Shown: positions 1-13,280 of the stretch, piece after piece
How positions within the stretch are numbered: the first letter of the stretch is position 1
How the letters are laid out: every line of letters begins with the position of its first letter
Assembly: GCF_006345805.1 (NCBI RefSeq)
Contig: NC_042999.1
Location: 61,752,001 to 61,816,000 of the forward strand
DNA length: 64,000 bases
Reading direction: 5' to 3'
Source: Octopus sinensis
Taxonomy: Eukaryota
Position numbers and translations under genes: made by a program
Notes under the pieces: model-generated
Databases searched by the model: none
What the model saw: only the letters and a program-made list of their open reading frames with translations
Told to the model about the DNA's origin: nothing

Positions 1-376
1 TAGATGCCCCTTATTAAGGTACTCTATGAGATGGCTAAGCAGGATATTGGGATATATCTTACCAGTGTTAGACAAGGACATAACAGTGTGTTTATCTTAT
101 ATGTGGCGATACTCTTCTTGATTGTGTAGCAGTATAATGAATGCCTCATTGCCATCCAACTAGAACTTCTACAACCACTCAAGCAGACATAGTTGGCACA
201 AATACATCAGTATATCATTGAGAGCTAAATTTCCTTCTAGATCATACCAAATAAGCATTTGCATGCTTAGATGGACAAGATCTAAATAATCTTTTATACC
301 TGTCTCATGTCTACTCATGTCTACTCCATCTTTTTTCCAGGCCAATATATGTATGACTGCATCATTATCCAAACTG
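1..376 (-). pseudogene. Highly decayed non-LTR retrotransposon RT remnant (R4/Dong-like)
   Basis: Shares an ~50-bp segment (325-376) with 1224-1276. On the minus strand the 1224-1276 copy reads S-H-K-Y-I-G-L-E-K-D-E-I, resembling the YKYLGI..E.D motif of the RT at 7241-7720. Many stops. Confidence 0.3.
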
Positions 377-1086
377 TAAGAAAGGTAGGTAAGGTATTAA
401 GTGAGCATTATGTGGCTCTTATTACACAGAGACTCGCTCGTTAGTTTGTAGACCCGACGTTAACTCTATCTAATGTAAAAACCTCAATAAGCCAAAGTTG
501 TTTCGATATTCAAAAATCCATTTCCAAAATCATTTTCATTGTCGCATGTAATTAACGGCGTGAAGCTAAAAGGGAGACCTTGGTAAGGGATAAGAAATAA
601 AGTTGATTTATATGCCGTAGAGACATGGTGTATAACTGACTAAAGGGATCAATCGATCCTGTCTGTCACACAATACACTTACTTGCACTTCTTTTAATAC
701 ATTCCACCCGCGCACAAGTCAAATAGACATAAACACATTGCACCACTTTTCGGTCTATCAATGCATGACTACATTGGTAGTTCTTGCTTAATGCTGGGCT
801 CCCCTAATCAATTACAGCTCGTGTTACATTATCCAATATATCCTACATTTTTAAGGACGGAAATTTGAGAGAAATTTGGCCGTAGTTTCTGAGCTGTATA
901 GCATGGGCATCCTCATGGGCATCCTCATTGGTTAGCTCAGTTAGCTAGAAGCTTCATACAAGTTTCTCTCAGAGCACAGTATATTTCTGTAACTATAAAT
1001 GTTCAGGGACCAAAATTTATATTATTTAAACAAGAAAGCTGAATCGATCCACTCGAAAAGCCTAAACATTGTTGTTGTTGTTGTTG

Positions 1087-1117
<31 letters not shown>

Positions 1118-1189
1118 AATGTTGTTGTTGTTCTTCTTGTTCTTGTTCTTGTTCTTGTTGTTTGTACCCCCCGGTCACCGTTGACCAAA

Positions 1190-1380
1190 GAGAACTATGA
1201 CCAAAGATATTCCACTGTTGCCTATTTCATCTTTTTCCAGGCCAATATATTTATGACTGTATTATTATCTAAACTGTCGTTCCCAGTTCTGGCATTAACC
1301 CAAGATGATTCCCTTCCACAAATATTCGTAAATAACTCTGTGAGAAAACATTGCTGCAGATGAAGTTAATGTTTGCCACT
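1190..1380 (-). pseudogene. Decayed non-LTR RT remnant (second copy of the segment at 325-376)
   Basis: Minus-strand frameshifted translation ...SLDNN/SHKYIGLEKDEI resembles RT domain 7 of R4/Dong-type elements. Confidence 0.35.
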
Positions 1381-1807
1381 TAAATTAGGCACTGAGAAAG
1401 TCAATAACTCAGAAAATGACTGAGTATTTTCCGTAGGAAATGCGAAAACATCCAAAAGTAGAAAACAGGGTTCTAAAGATTGGAGTCTGTTCTGATTTAG
1501 AAAGGAATGATTTGAAGTCCTTCAAAAGTTCTCCAGGAGATATTACCAATTGTTTCAAATTTAGGCACAAGGCCAACAGTTTCAAGATCGTAGAAAGAGA
1601 GTTAGTCGATTATATCAGTCCCAAAATTTAGAGTAAAGATTGAGTGCTGAGGATGCTGTTAACTCCGATTCTGAATGCAGGAGACGATCTTTCAATAAAC
1701 AATGAAACAGCTCTGTAGATATTTCAGACCCTTCCAACGCCACAGCAGAGCTACCTCGAGACAAATAACGATATAATTGACAGAACTCCTGCATACTTGC
1801 ACGAGCT

Positions 1808-2380
1808 TTGTTGAGTCAGATTGTGCTACTCTGGGCCAGATGTTTCTATCATCCTAAATTGGTACTTAACATAATCAACTCAGGATAAATAATAAAGTAA
1901 AGTACATTTCAACGAGATTTGAACTCAAAACGTAAAGAACCAAAAGAAACAACGTAAGACACCAGATATCTCTGGAGACACCTAACAATGTAGGGAACTA
2001 AATTCCTGCATAATCGTTGAGTCAAATGTTTGCTACTCTGGGCCAGATGTTTTTGTCAACCTAAATTGGTACTTAACATAATCAACCCAGAATGAATAAA
2101 AAAGTAAAGTACATTTCAACGAGATTTGAACTCAGAACGTAAAGAACCAACAAAAGAAATAACGTAAGACGCCAGATATATTTGGGGACAACTAACAATG
2201 TAGGTAACAAAAGTCCTGCATAATTGTTGAGTCAGATGTTTGCTACTCTGGGCCAAATGTTTATGTCTACCTAAATTGATACTTAACATAATCAACCCAG
2301 GAGGAATAAAAATGAAATGTTCACTTCAGCGGAATTTGTACTCAAACCACAAAGAACCAAAATAAAATAACGTAAGACAC
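1808..2380 (-). repeat. Tandem array of 3 diverged ~206-210 bp SINE-body units
   Basis: GTTGAGTCA recurs at 1810, 2016 and 2226. Units contain GATTTGAACTCA(G/A)AACGTAAAG and TGGTACTTAA, matching the reverse strand of the main SINE body. Confidence 0.8.
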
Positions 2381-2529
2381 TTTTTTTCAGCGCTTAAACG
2401 TTTCATCCAATCGTCGTTCTCGAAGGATACTTGAACTAACTGTCATTCGTTTCAGTATGTATCGATACTCGTTTCCCAGGAAGACTATTACGTGGTGATT
2501 TGATGCATATGTAAGGGAGGTTATAAATA

Positions 2530-2734
2530 TGTTGTGGTGTGCTTGTGTGTATGTGTGAATATGTGTGTGTGCGCATATGTGTGCATGTATGCGCGCGTGC
2601 ACTTGAATGTAATACAGACTGTAATTATTTTACGTTTGTATTTAATTATTTTTTTTTTTTTTGCAGATATATTTTAAAAGTACATGCAACCATACACATT
2701 TCATCTTTACACACATCTTTACACATACATTCAT

Positions 2735-2789
<55 letters not shown>

Positions 2790-3696
2790 ACGTATATATG
2801 CATATGCATATATATATATATCTATACATTTATATAAGTGTCTGTGTGTATGTATATGTGTGTATATATATATATATATGTATATATGTGTATATATATA
2901 TGTATATACATATATATATATATATATATAATGTGTGTGTGTATGAGTGAGAGTGCCTGTGTGAATATACTTGCGGGGGTGTGTTTGGCATACGTATGTA
3001 CACGTGTGCGCGCGTGTCGGTGTGTTTGTGTCATCTAAGAACGTGTCGACGTGGAGGAAGGAAAGAGGGTAGTCGTACAACCTCTTCTGAACGGTTCCAA
3101 TTAACGACCATACACATCTGTGAGCTTCACTTAAGTTGCATCAATGTATCTTTTAAAAAATGTTTTCTTCTTTTCGTTTCTATATGATATTTTTTTTTTC
3201 ATTCCTTTACTGACGCTATATTTATTAAACAATTCTTTTTAATGTTTGCTTTTTTTTTTGCTTGTATATTTATTCTATTTTTTATTTATTTATTTATTGT
3301 TTTTTTTTTCTTGATAAATTTCTTCGATATCTTGTCAAAATCCATTGTACGTTTTCTACATTTCAAAAAAGTTCTTCGGACTAACAAAACGAAATATATA
3401 AATGACAAAACAAAAAAAAAAGGAAAAAAAAAAAAAAGCGTTTTTCTTTTACTTTCATTTCTATTCCGATTTTCATTCAAATAGAATCTCATTCTTTAAA
3501 TCTTCTGCTATTCCTTTCACAAATAATTTCCTTAAATGGTTTTCTTTGTTTGTTTTCTAACTATTGTTATTGTTGGAAATATTTTTTTTTTCGTTATCAT
3601 TTCTGCGGGTAATAATTTTCGCCTGCTCTTCTTCTTGTCTTCAATATATTTCACTCTCTCTCTCCCTCTCTCTCTTCCCCTCTCTCTCTCTCCCTC

Positions 3697-3794
<98 letters not shown>

Positions 3795-3956
3795 ATATCT
3801 TTCTCCCACTTTTACCGATGGAATCACTCAATTCTTGTCTCTGTTTTCTATTCTTCTTGATCATCCATTTCTCCGTTATCATAATCTTCTTTCTGTCTCT
3901 ATCTCTCTATAACTCTCTCTCTCTCCCCTTTCTATTTTTAACTGTATCTTTTTCAC

Positions 3957-3992
<36 letters not shown>

Positions 3993-4704
3993 TCTCTCTG
4001 TTGTTAATATTTGTAAGAGTTCATATATATATGTATATGTATATATACGCGTATATTTATTTACATAATTATAAATACAGACATATATATGTATGTGTGT
4101 ATGTGTGTGTGTGTGTGTGTGTGTGCGTATCTGTTTGTATGTCTGTGTATGTGTGTGTGCATGTTTGTGTCTGTAGATATATATGTTTATGTGTATGTGA
4201 ATAAATATGTTTATATAATTATGTACACTCTTGTGCGAGTAGAATTATATACATACGTATATAATTATTTATATGCATGCACATGCATATATATATATAT
4301 ATAGAATATTTACACGCATATATATTTACATAAACTCATATATCTGGCTGTATATATATGTGTGTGTGTGCGTGTGTGTGTGTGTGTGTGTGTATGTGTT
4401 TGTAGTTGTGCGTGTGTGTATATATATATAGATATAGATAAATAAGTAGTTAGATAGATATAGATGTGTATATATATATATATATATGCACTCAAACATA
4501 AATACATGTACATGTATTCATGACCCTTGCTATTTGTCACAGGTACACGCGCAACCTTATGCACCCACATTATTCCTTGACAATATACATACGTGTGTGT
4601 GTTTGCGTGTGCGAATCTATATATACATACATATACACATACCTATATATATACCTCTTTATAATACATATATATATGTATGTATGTATATATACACACA
4701 TATA

Positions 4705-4762
<58 letters not shown>

Positions 4763-4923
4763 TGCATACATCTTTCCCTTGACGACTTTGTCATATTTTA
4801 CGTTTAGCATTTTCTGATTAATATTATTGTTGTTATTACTTTTGTCTTTATAGTTGTGCGTGCTTATTTGTGTGCTTATGAATGTGTATATATATCTATA
4901 TATATATAGATATGTACGTATGT

Positions 4924-4976
<53 letters not shown>

Positions 4977-5000
4977 ATGTTTTTGTGTGCGCGTGTCTAT
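2530..5000. repeat. Mosaic (TA)n/(TG)n/(TC)n microsatellite field
   Basis: Visible dinucleotide runs; these account for the YI/CV/SL pseudo-ORFs. Confidence 0.95.
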
Positions 5001-5633
5001 GTGTGCATTATATTTTTTCTTGCTGGTTCTGTTGCTTAAAATCATTCTGATGATTATTATGATGATGTTGATGCTGTTGTTCTCATCTATAATCCATGCT
5101 TAATGTAGCAGATTCTATTCCATTTTAAAATAAAAGTCTTTGCTTATTTTTATTTAATGATTTGCGTTTTATTTATTTCTTCAGGTTTCTAGTTTCTTTT
5201 ACCATTTTTCCTATTCTCTTTCCTTCTCGAATCTTCTTTCTCATCTCATTTTTTTTCCTTTTATTATTTGTAAAACCAAAATAACCAATTTTTATTTCTT
5301 TATTCTCTTTCAATATTTTCTCATATATTTTCTTTTACTTTTCTTTTTCTATGTTTTTTTCTCCGTCTTCTAAACTTTCTGTTTTAGCAGAACAGATATC
5401 TAATTTTATATCTTACTGTATTTTTAAATATTTTCTTCCCGTTGTTTAGGTTTCTTTTGTTCAATTTGTTTGTATAGTTCTGTTATTGTGTTTCTTTTCT
5501 TTTCTTTAAAAGATTGTCGTTGGAACTTAACTTTTAAAATATCTCTGCGCGTGTCTCTGAATAAAAATTGCATAAAACTTCATTTGCGTGTTAAGATTCT
5601 TCCATGTTCTTCTAGGTCTGATTTTTATCTACG

Positions 5634-5635
<2 letters not shown>

Positions 5636-5690
<55 letters not shown>

Positions 5691-5719
5691 CATTATCATC
5701 ATTATTATTATTATTATTA

Positions 5720-5760
<41 letters not shown>
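5636..5760. repeat. (ATT)n trinucleotide microsatellite
   Basis: About 40 near-pure ATT units. Confidence 0.95.
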
Positions 5761-5761
<1 letters not shown>

Positions 5762-5972
5762 AGCGGCGAGCTAGCGGAATCGTTAGCACGCTGGACGAAA
5801 TGCCCAACGCTATTTCGCCCGTCGCTATGTTCAGAGTTCAAATTCCGCCGACGTCGATTTTGCCTGTCATCCTTTCGGGGTCGATTAAATATTTACCGGT
5901 TGAGTACTGGAGTCGATGTAATCGACTAACTCCTTCCACAAATTTCAGGCCTTTTGACTATAGTAGAAATGG
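5762..5972 (+). mobile_element. tRNA-related SINE (family A, GGCGGCGAGCTGGCAGAA head; older tail)
   Basis: Head GCGGCGAGCTAGCGGAATCGTTAGC, B-box-like GAGTTCAAATTCC, body GTCGATTTTGCCTGTCATCCTTTCGGGGTCGA. Confidence 0.85.
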
Positions 5973-5984
5973 GGTTGTTGTTGT

Positions 5985-6016
<32 letters not shown>

Positions 6017-6075
6017 TTGTTATTGTTTTTGTTGTTGTTGCTGCTGCTGCTGCTGCTGCTGTTGTTGTTGTTGTT

Positions 6076-8960
6076 AAAAACACTCGATTAGTTCTTATAT
6101 TACCGGTTGTTCTTTACTTGAAAGCAGGCAATAACAAATCACCAAAGGTTTCAAGTAGCGCCTTCTCCTGTGACTCAAAGAGAATGCGAGTTGTACCAAA
6201 CAATGTTGTCTTCTGGATCACCTCGTGCCTGACAGCAGCTCCCATATTCTTAATATGTTTTTCAAAGCCCTTGCAAACTGCTCCAATTACCACTGGTATT
6301 ACTTTCCTCATGTCCTAACTTTCCTATCTCGTCCTGCAGTGGCTGGTATTTTTCTATATTTTCTGTTTCCTGGTATTGCAACATCTATTATATTTACTTC
6401 TTTTTCATCTTTATGCATGAGCAGGATACCCAGTCGTATCACCTCTATGACTTGGTTGCTCTACATGTTAAAATCTCAGAGTGTTTTGTAATGTTCATTT
6501 ACCATTACTCTCTCTGGCTTGTGTTCATACCATTGTTCTGCTCCCACGAGGTTTGTTTTACGGCACAAAAGCCAGTAGACATATCTGGGCACATTGTCGT
6601 GTCTCCTTTTGTATTCGCGTTGTGCGTGCTTACAGTACTCACTAACAATATGGCTTATACTTTCTCCCTTCTTAGAGCACATCCTACACTGTGATGAGTC
6701 AGCGCTTTCATCAATATGATATTTGGAGTGGTTTGTTCTGAGAGCTTGTTCTTGAGTGCTGCACACTAATCCCTCATTGGGCCCTTTTAAATCGCCTTTC
6801 TGCAGCCATTGCCAGGTTCTATTCCAATCAATCCCATCTTTATTCTTCAAGAACTTACTGTGAATTTTCTTCTCCTGCCAATTTTTCTTCACCTGCTCAA
6901 TTTGGTCTTTCTTAAATTCTGTTGAATCTACGGTTTCGTTCACTTTTAAGATTCCTGCATTTTCACTGCTTCTTTACTCTCCTTGACATGTCAAGCCAGG
7001 CTATTCTCCTCTTCCCTTCCATAACCTTCACAACACACCAATCCCTGTCCTCTTCTTTCCTCTTTACATACAATCTTGACGCATCACTCTTGGGGTGTAG
7101 TTCCTTGTTCATTGTCATTAATTTACACGTTCTCCGGTCTGTCTTTTGTAATTCATGCTTCTTCCAAGATACTATTCATGCGCCAAATCTCATCAAAGCA
7201 ACAGCCTACTTGTTAATTGCTCTAATCTTATAGAAGCCATTTAACTTCGATTGGAGCACAAGCCAGTTCTCCGCAAATACTCTTTCCTGTACATTTCTTT
7301 CATCTTGTGTTCATTCATTTTATCCCTTTCACTGATGCCCAGGTACTTATATCCTTCCTCTCCGACTTCCTTTATAGTTTCACCACTTTCCAGCTTGATT
7401 CCATGGCTTTTAATGAATTTTCCCCTTTTGAGAATCATTACACTACATTTCTCGATCCCAAATTCTATGCCAATATCTTTACTAACCATCTGCACAGTTG
7501 CTTTCAAACACTCGATTTTTTTCTCAGTCTTAGCAAATAGTTTCAGATCATCCATAAACCATAGGTTGCTTACTTTCACCCTGCCTACCATGTAACCCAC
7601 ACGCATCTTACTTAAGACGCTGGTTAGTGGCAGTCTACAGACAACAAATAGGAGAGGCAACATACTGTCCCCTTGAAAGATTCCTCTTTTCATATTTACC
7701 TCTCCCAGCTTATCTCCCAATGCTCTGAGTTCAGTTCACCATGTTGTCATATTGAGTTTTCACTTCGGGATAGTTTGGGAGACCTTAAGCAGTTTAAGGC
7801 ATTCAATAATCCACGAGTGTGGAATCCGTGCCATATGCTTTCCTGTAGTCCATCCATGCCATCGCCAAATTTTTATGTCTCTTCTTACAATCAGCCAGGA
7901 TAGTCTTATTGATTAGTAATTGATCCTTCTTTCCTCTACTCTTACGTCTACACCCCTTTTGTTCCACTGGTAGTAGGTCGTTCTCATTTAGGTACTTACA
8001 GATGCTGTTTGATATGATGCCTGTCATCAGTTTCCACATCTGTAGAAACAAGTTATTGGTCGGAAATTTCCAAACGAATTCCCTTTACTTGGGTCCTTCT
8101 GGCATAGTACCGTTCATCCTTTTGTCACCCAGACCGGTACGTGGATGCCACTACTCTGTATTTCGTCCATCTATCTAGCAATTCTCCTGTGCAGAGCTGC
8201 CAGGGTTTTAAGCAAAAATCTCTGAATCCCATCTGGGTCATGCACTTTCAGTTAAGAATTTTTCTGCACTGATCTCTAATCCTCTCCTCGGTTATTCTCA
8301 GATCCTCCTGCTGATACTCTCCACTCTCCTCTTTGTGTGTCTTTAATCACTCTGCTTTAGTTTCGTGTTGTTTCTCCTGAGATCATATGTTTGACCAGAA
8401 TCTTTTGCTTTCTTCAGCATCTGGCACGGCTTTTTCATCTTTTTATTTCCTATACAGTTCCTGATAAACTCGTTTCTGATTTTGTTCGAAACGTCTGTTT
8501 AATTTGTACTGCTCAATTCTCTGTTCATATCTCCTTAGTTTATTTGCTTTAGCTTTCAACCTCTGCTTTAAATCCTTAGTCACAACATTGATTCCCTTTT
8601 TCTTCACCCCATACTTCCTCTCTAGCTCAACATATTTCTCTCGCTGGAATGCATTTCTTTCTTTGTTTTTTCCGTTTCAGAATAATATGTTTTCTGGTCT
8701 CGTTAATAGACTGTGTTATTCTCCTTTTCCACCACGGTTCCTTCGAGTTATGTTGATATTTACCTTTGACTTTCAAACCTAACTTCCGGGCTATAAAGAT
8801 CGAGATTGCATTTATCAGATTGTTAGTGTCTGTGATGTATTCAGTCCTGATATCACCAGTGATATCATTTATCTTCCTGACCCATTCATTGAGTTTCGTT
8901 CTGTCTACTTTTTAAAACCCCGTATGAAAGTTCTGTTCACCAGAGGTCCGAATATCAATG
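6076..8960 (-). mobile_element. 5'-truncated, decayed R4/Dong-clade non-LTR retrotransposon (RT + CCHC + restriction-like endonuclease)
   Basis: Minus-strand fragments: KEPWWKRRI; LKAKANKLRRYEQR; [14 protein letters not shown] (7803-8051); GIFQGDS.LPLLF, FMDDLKLFAK and YKYLGI (7241-7720); CRMCSKKGESISHIVS zinc knuckle (6476-6943); IIDVAIPG and KVIPVVIGA..QKTTLFGTTRIL (6114-6470). Several frameshifts and stops; the RLE R-P-D motif reads RLG. The 3' end runs into an (AAC/AGC)n tail. Confidence 0.92.
7241..7720 (-). pseudogene. Reverse transcriptase core fragment of the R4/Dong-like element
   Basis: ORF contains QGDS and the FMDD catalytic motif. Confidence 0.9.
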
Positions 8961-9364
8961 ATTTCTTTATTTCTTTATTTCTAATTGATAACATAATTTA
9001 TAGCTATGAAACAAATTTGAACTTTCATTTTTTGTATCATTCGTTATTGCTATGAAATCTATCAAACAATTGAACCTTTAAAAATTCATCATTTCTCACC
9101 CTTATGGAACTTGTCGAGCGATTGATTTTTCATGATGTAATTGTGCTAAGAAACCTTTTGAACATTTGACTGACTTTTTTGAGCATGATTTATTACTATC
9201 AGATCATTGAAAAGCAAAATATATTGCTGAAACGGGTGTGGAATTATAAAGAAATATATTTTTTTTAAATCTAATATTTGTTTTAAGTCTTGGGTGCATT
9301 TTCAACCCACGGACCCATTTTCTTATATTGTTATTCGTCTGTAAGTAACCATAACCAGGAAACC

Positions 9365-9597
9365 TATTTCTTTACTACCCACAAGGGGCTAAACACAAAG
9401 GGGACAAACAAGGACAGACAAACGGATTAAGTCAATTATATCGACCCCAGTGCGTAACTGGTACTTAATTTATCGACCCCGAAAGGATGAAAGGCAAAGT
9501 CGACCTCGGCGGAATTTGAACTCAGAACGTAACGGCAGACGAAATACGGCTACGCATTTCGCCCGGCGTGCTAATGTTTCTGCCAGCTCGCCGCCTT
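9365..9597 (-). mobile_element. SINE family A, full monomer with 19-bp TSD
   Basis: Direct repeat TAACCATAACCAGGAAACC at 9346-9364 and 9598-9616. Confidence 0.93.
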
Positions 9598-9863
9598 TAA
9601 CCATAACCAGGAAACCACTAATTCATACATACTCACACACGCACCCTTCTCTCTCTCTCCCGCTCTCTATCGATCTTTCCCCTCACTCTCCCCCGTCGTC
9701 TCTATTTCTCTGTCTCTCTCTCTCTCCCTACGTATATATATGTATGTATATGTATATACACACACACACACATACACAACACACACTGCTTGTTTGTACT
9801 CAGTACTATTATTTCTACTTTTAAAGTCACAACTTTATAAATTTCTCCTAAATTTCTAAGCAG

Positions 9864-9971
9864 CCTGTATGCATGAAACTTCGGCTGAAATTGCTATAAT
9901 GTATCCCATATCTATCAAATACTACTTGAATTATATGCCTATTCCGCCATACACAGTGTATATTCAATACG
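9864..9971 (+). CDS. Candidate 108-nt internal host exon (phase 1-1), product unknown
   Basis: Acceptor tttctcctaaatttctaagcag| and donor G|gtaaga. One open frame, CMHETSAEIAIMYPISIKYYLNYMPIPPYTVYIQY. No homology recognised. Confidence 0.25.
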
Positions 9972-10309
9972 GTAAGAAAAGTAGGAGATATGACTAAGAC
10001 GATTAGATGAAAGACTTCCACAGTGAAAACGGAAAATTCTCTGGATTCTTTGATAATATATTTAGTTTTTAAACCTCCAAGCTGCTAACAACAAACAAGG
10101 AAAGTTTGAATCTGATATTTTGGCATGATGAATAACATAAGATTAAAAAAAAATAATCCGACATCTTCCAGAACTTCTATGAAATCAATTAATAATTGGA
10201 ACCATATACATGTAAAAACAAAACGAAATCTCAGATAAATCTATAAATCCACGTCTTTTCCAAGTCTTTTCTCTATAACATTAGGGATACTTAAGCAAAA
10301 CACAATTAC

Positions 10310-10407
<98 letters not shown>

Positions 10408-10957
10408 CTTTATATATATAATTAAATAAACGAGGAAGAACATATGCTTTCAATTCAACTAAAAATACTTCAGGTGTGATGTATCCATAACACTCAAAGA
10501 TCATAGAATGTGTTTCACACACACGCTAATAAACTTTAATGTAACTGAATTTGATAGAGTCAGTATATGCATTCCAGATTATATTATATTAAAAACCATG
10601 CAACCAAAAGACTATGCTATGAAATAGTAATGCATCAGTTATCATGTGAGACAAAAAATGCTAAAAATAATTAACCCGGATTAAAAGTGCTAACATCTCT
10701 CTAGAGTTTGGTAGATGCCTCGATAGTTTCTACGAGGAAGATGAGATGTATGAGCCACTACGTTTAAGATTCTAGAGAAATTTCAAAAACGAAGTTGAGC
10801 CCGTTGAAAATAATTCGATGCCGCAATAAAAATTTTAATAATTTGTTCTTTTTTTCTTTGTTTTGCTACAGAACAGCCATCATCTTGATCGACTGAGATG
10901 CAGGCTGTTTGTGTGATAAAACGTTTGCTCCTCAACCACGTATTGATGGATTCATCC

Positions 10958-11062
10958 CAGGGTAGAACCTTGGGCAAGTGTCTTCTATTATAGCCTCGGG
11001 CTAACCAAAGCCTTGTGAGCAAATTTGGTAGACGGAAACTGAGAGGTCTGCCATAATACGTA

Positions 11063-11132
<70 letters not shown>

Positions 11133-11590
11133 AAACACCTTTTATCAATACAAAATGAATTAAATTACACCATCTAGAAAATTACATATAATAGAAACAG
11201 TAAAATTAAAATAACAATATAATAAATATATTATATTGTGTGAAATTTGATTTAGTTTTTCTAAATTGAATTTTTTCCCTGTAAGTTAGTATTAATATTC
11301 CCTCAAATAATAATAATTATTATATATATATATGTACGTGTGTTCGCGCGTGTGTGTATTCGCACGTGCTAGTGTCTGTTTGTGACTCTAATTGTTTCCC
11401 ACCACCGCTTGACAACCCGTGTTGGTTCATTTACGTCCCCGTAACTGAGCGTACTAAAGTACCACTAAAATAAGTACCAGGCGTTAAGACTGGAACTTAA
11501 GTACTGAGGTCGATTCCTTTGACAAAAATTCTTCATGGAGGTGCCCCACCATGTCTGCCGTCTAATGACTCAAACAGACGATAAAAGATA
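10958..11590 (+). mobile_element. SINE family B (CCTTGGGCAAGTGTCTTC core), split by an AT-rich insertion in its (TA)n tract
   Basis: 5' part at 10958-11050 and 3' part at 11340-11590 (CGCTTGACAACC...TTTACGTCCCCGTAAC...). A ~200-bp insert starting TATTAGAAAAAAAAC lies at ~11123-11325. Confidence 0.75.
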
Positions 11591-11773
11591 AGTGATAGAT
11601 TAGATGAGGGAGACACTTTTAATATATTTCAATGAAATGTCTCTAACAAGATTAATATAAGCCGGAGAACCTTAATACACATAGCTTTAGGTTTAAAAAC
11701 GCGCAAAGATCAAATATCACCCATATAGAATATCGAATGGAAATAACATTATACTATTATATACAATCTCATT

Positions 11774-11985
11774 AGGTGGCGGGCTGGCAGAATCATTTGC
11801 ACACAGGATAAAGAGAAACTAGTCAACATTTTGTCTATCTGCACGTTCTGCGTTCAAATTCCGCCGGGGTCGACTTATACTTTTGGGGTCAATAAATAGT
11901 TACAAGTTGATCACTGAGGTTGATATAATCGACTTAACTTCTCCCTGAACTTACTGGTCATATGCCAACATTTGAAACCAATACA
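11774..11985 (+). mobile_element. Diverged SINE family A
   Basis: GGTGGCGGGCTGGCAGAATC head; GTTCAAATTCCGCCGGGGTCGAC. Confidence 0.75.
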
Positions 11986-12053
11986 TACAAAATCTCAATT
12001 TTATCACCGTGGTAATAAGAAAAAGCTTAGTCAGTAGCCCAAAGGGACAAATA

Positions 12054-12954
12054 CGAGGTGGTAGTAAAACTTTCCCTGACTAGTTCTGACCACACCAACA
12101 GGTGGCAGCACATGGTTGCGTGCGCAGGAAGAGCTAGCAGTGACCTTCATGAAGCAGTGTGCCGAATGACGTCGCTGTGTTTACTTTGTGTTTTTGTGAT
12201 CACGGGTATAGTGTAGTCTGAGATTTTGTCATGGACAGAAACAAAAAGCCAACGTGAAATTTTGCGTTAAACTTGGGAAGTCTACTACCGAAACATTGAG
12301 TATGCTTCGGCAAGCTTACGATGACGAGTCAGTGGGTGGTACACAATGTTCTGAGTGGCACAAACGCCTCAAAGGCGGAAGAACGTCCCTGCAAGACGAT
12401 GAGCGATCTGGAAGCCCTGCCATGCATGTCACCAACGGTAATGTGGTATTGTGCATCGAGAATTTGCCTCCTATGGCCAGACCGTCAATCGAGAGTTCTA
12501 CTGTGTCTTTTTGAAGCGTTTGATGGAGGACATTCGGCGAAAGCGACAGGATCTGTGGAGCGCGAAAAATTGGATTCTTCATGGCGGCAATGCACGCTGT
12601 CACCGAGCTCCCCTCACTCGCGAGTTTCTCTCCAAAAACACCATGGTATCACTTCCGCACCCGCCCTATTCACCGGATTTAGCACCAGCGGACGTCCATC
12701 TCTTCCCCAAGATGAAAATGCAACTCAAAGGTTGATGTTTAATGCCGTTGTCGAGATCCAGAGCGAATCGCAGAGGGTCCTCGACTCGCTTATAGAAAAC
12801 GACTCCCAGGTCGGATTTCAAAAGTGGCAAGAACGCTGGGACCAGTGTATTGCTGCGCAAGGGACTATTCCAAAGGAGATAGCGTTAAAACTTATGTAAA
12901 TAAGTTATTTTTTATTACACATAACCAGTCCAGGAACCCTTTGATATCACCTCG
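12054..12954 (+). mobile_element. Internally deleted mariner (Tc1/mariner) transposon, 901 bp
   Basis: TA flanks at 12052-53 and 12955-56; imperfect TIRs starting CGAGGTG. Transposase fragments KFCVKLGKSTTET..DDERSG (HTH) and WILHGGNA..HPPYSPDLAPAD. The middle part, including the first catalytic Asp motif, is missing. Confidence 0.92.
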
Positions 12955-13002
12955 TATGATAGATTTGTTTAGATGTTGAATATTTTTACAGTGTTATATA
13001 TA

Positions 13003-13280
13003 TGGTTCACAATCGTAAGGTCGTAAGTTTGATTTCCGGTGGTGCTTTGTCTCCTTTATTTCACGTTGCTCCAGTCAACTCAGGTGGCAAAAATGAGTAG
13101 TACCTCCATTTCAAAGATCTAGCCTTATCACATTCTGTGTCACGCCAAATCTTCCTGAGAGCAACGTTAAGGGTACGCGTGTGTGTGAAGTGCTCAACCA
13201 CTTGCCTGTTGATTTTACGTGTAGGATGTTCCTTGATCGGATCAACTGGAACCCTCATCGTTGCATATGACAATGATGCC
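13003..13280 (+). mobile_element. SINE family C (CORE-like TTCACGTTGCTCCAGTC..CTCAG)
   Basis: Similar to the copies at 32866-33190 and 42372-42520. Confidence 0.75.

Noticed and set aside
341-375. Apparent 35-nt exon (ttttttccag|...|gtaaga)
   Set aside because: The same segment recurs at 1224-1276 and fits a minus-strand LINE RT remnant better.
1647-1717. CTGAGGA...GAAACAGCT as a hammerhead; similar partial hits near 27171 and 55350 on the minus strand
   Set aside because: No stem I pairing or no valid UH cleavage site.
1808-2380. Regularly spaced repeats as a CRISPR array
   Set aside because: The whole ~208-bp unit repeats, there are no unique spacers and no cas genes, and the context is eukaryotic and SINE-derived.
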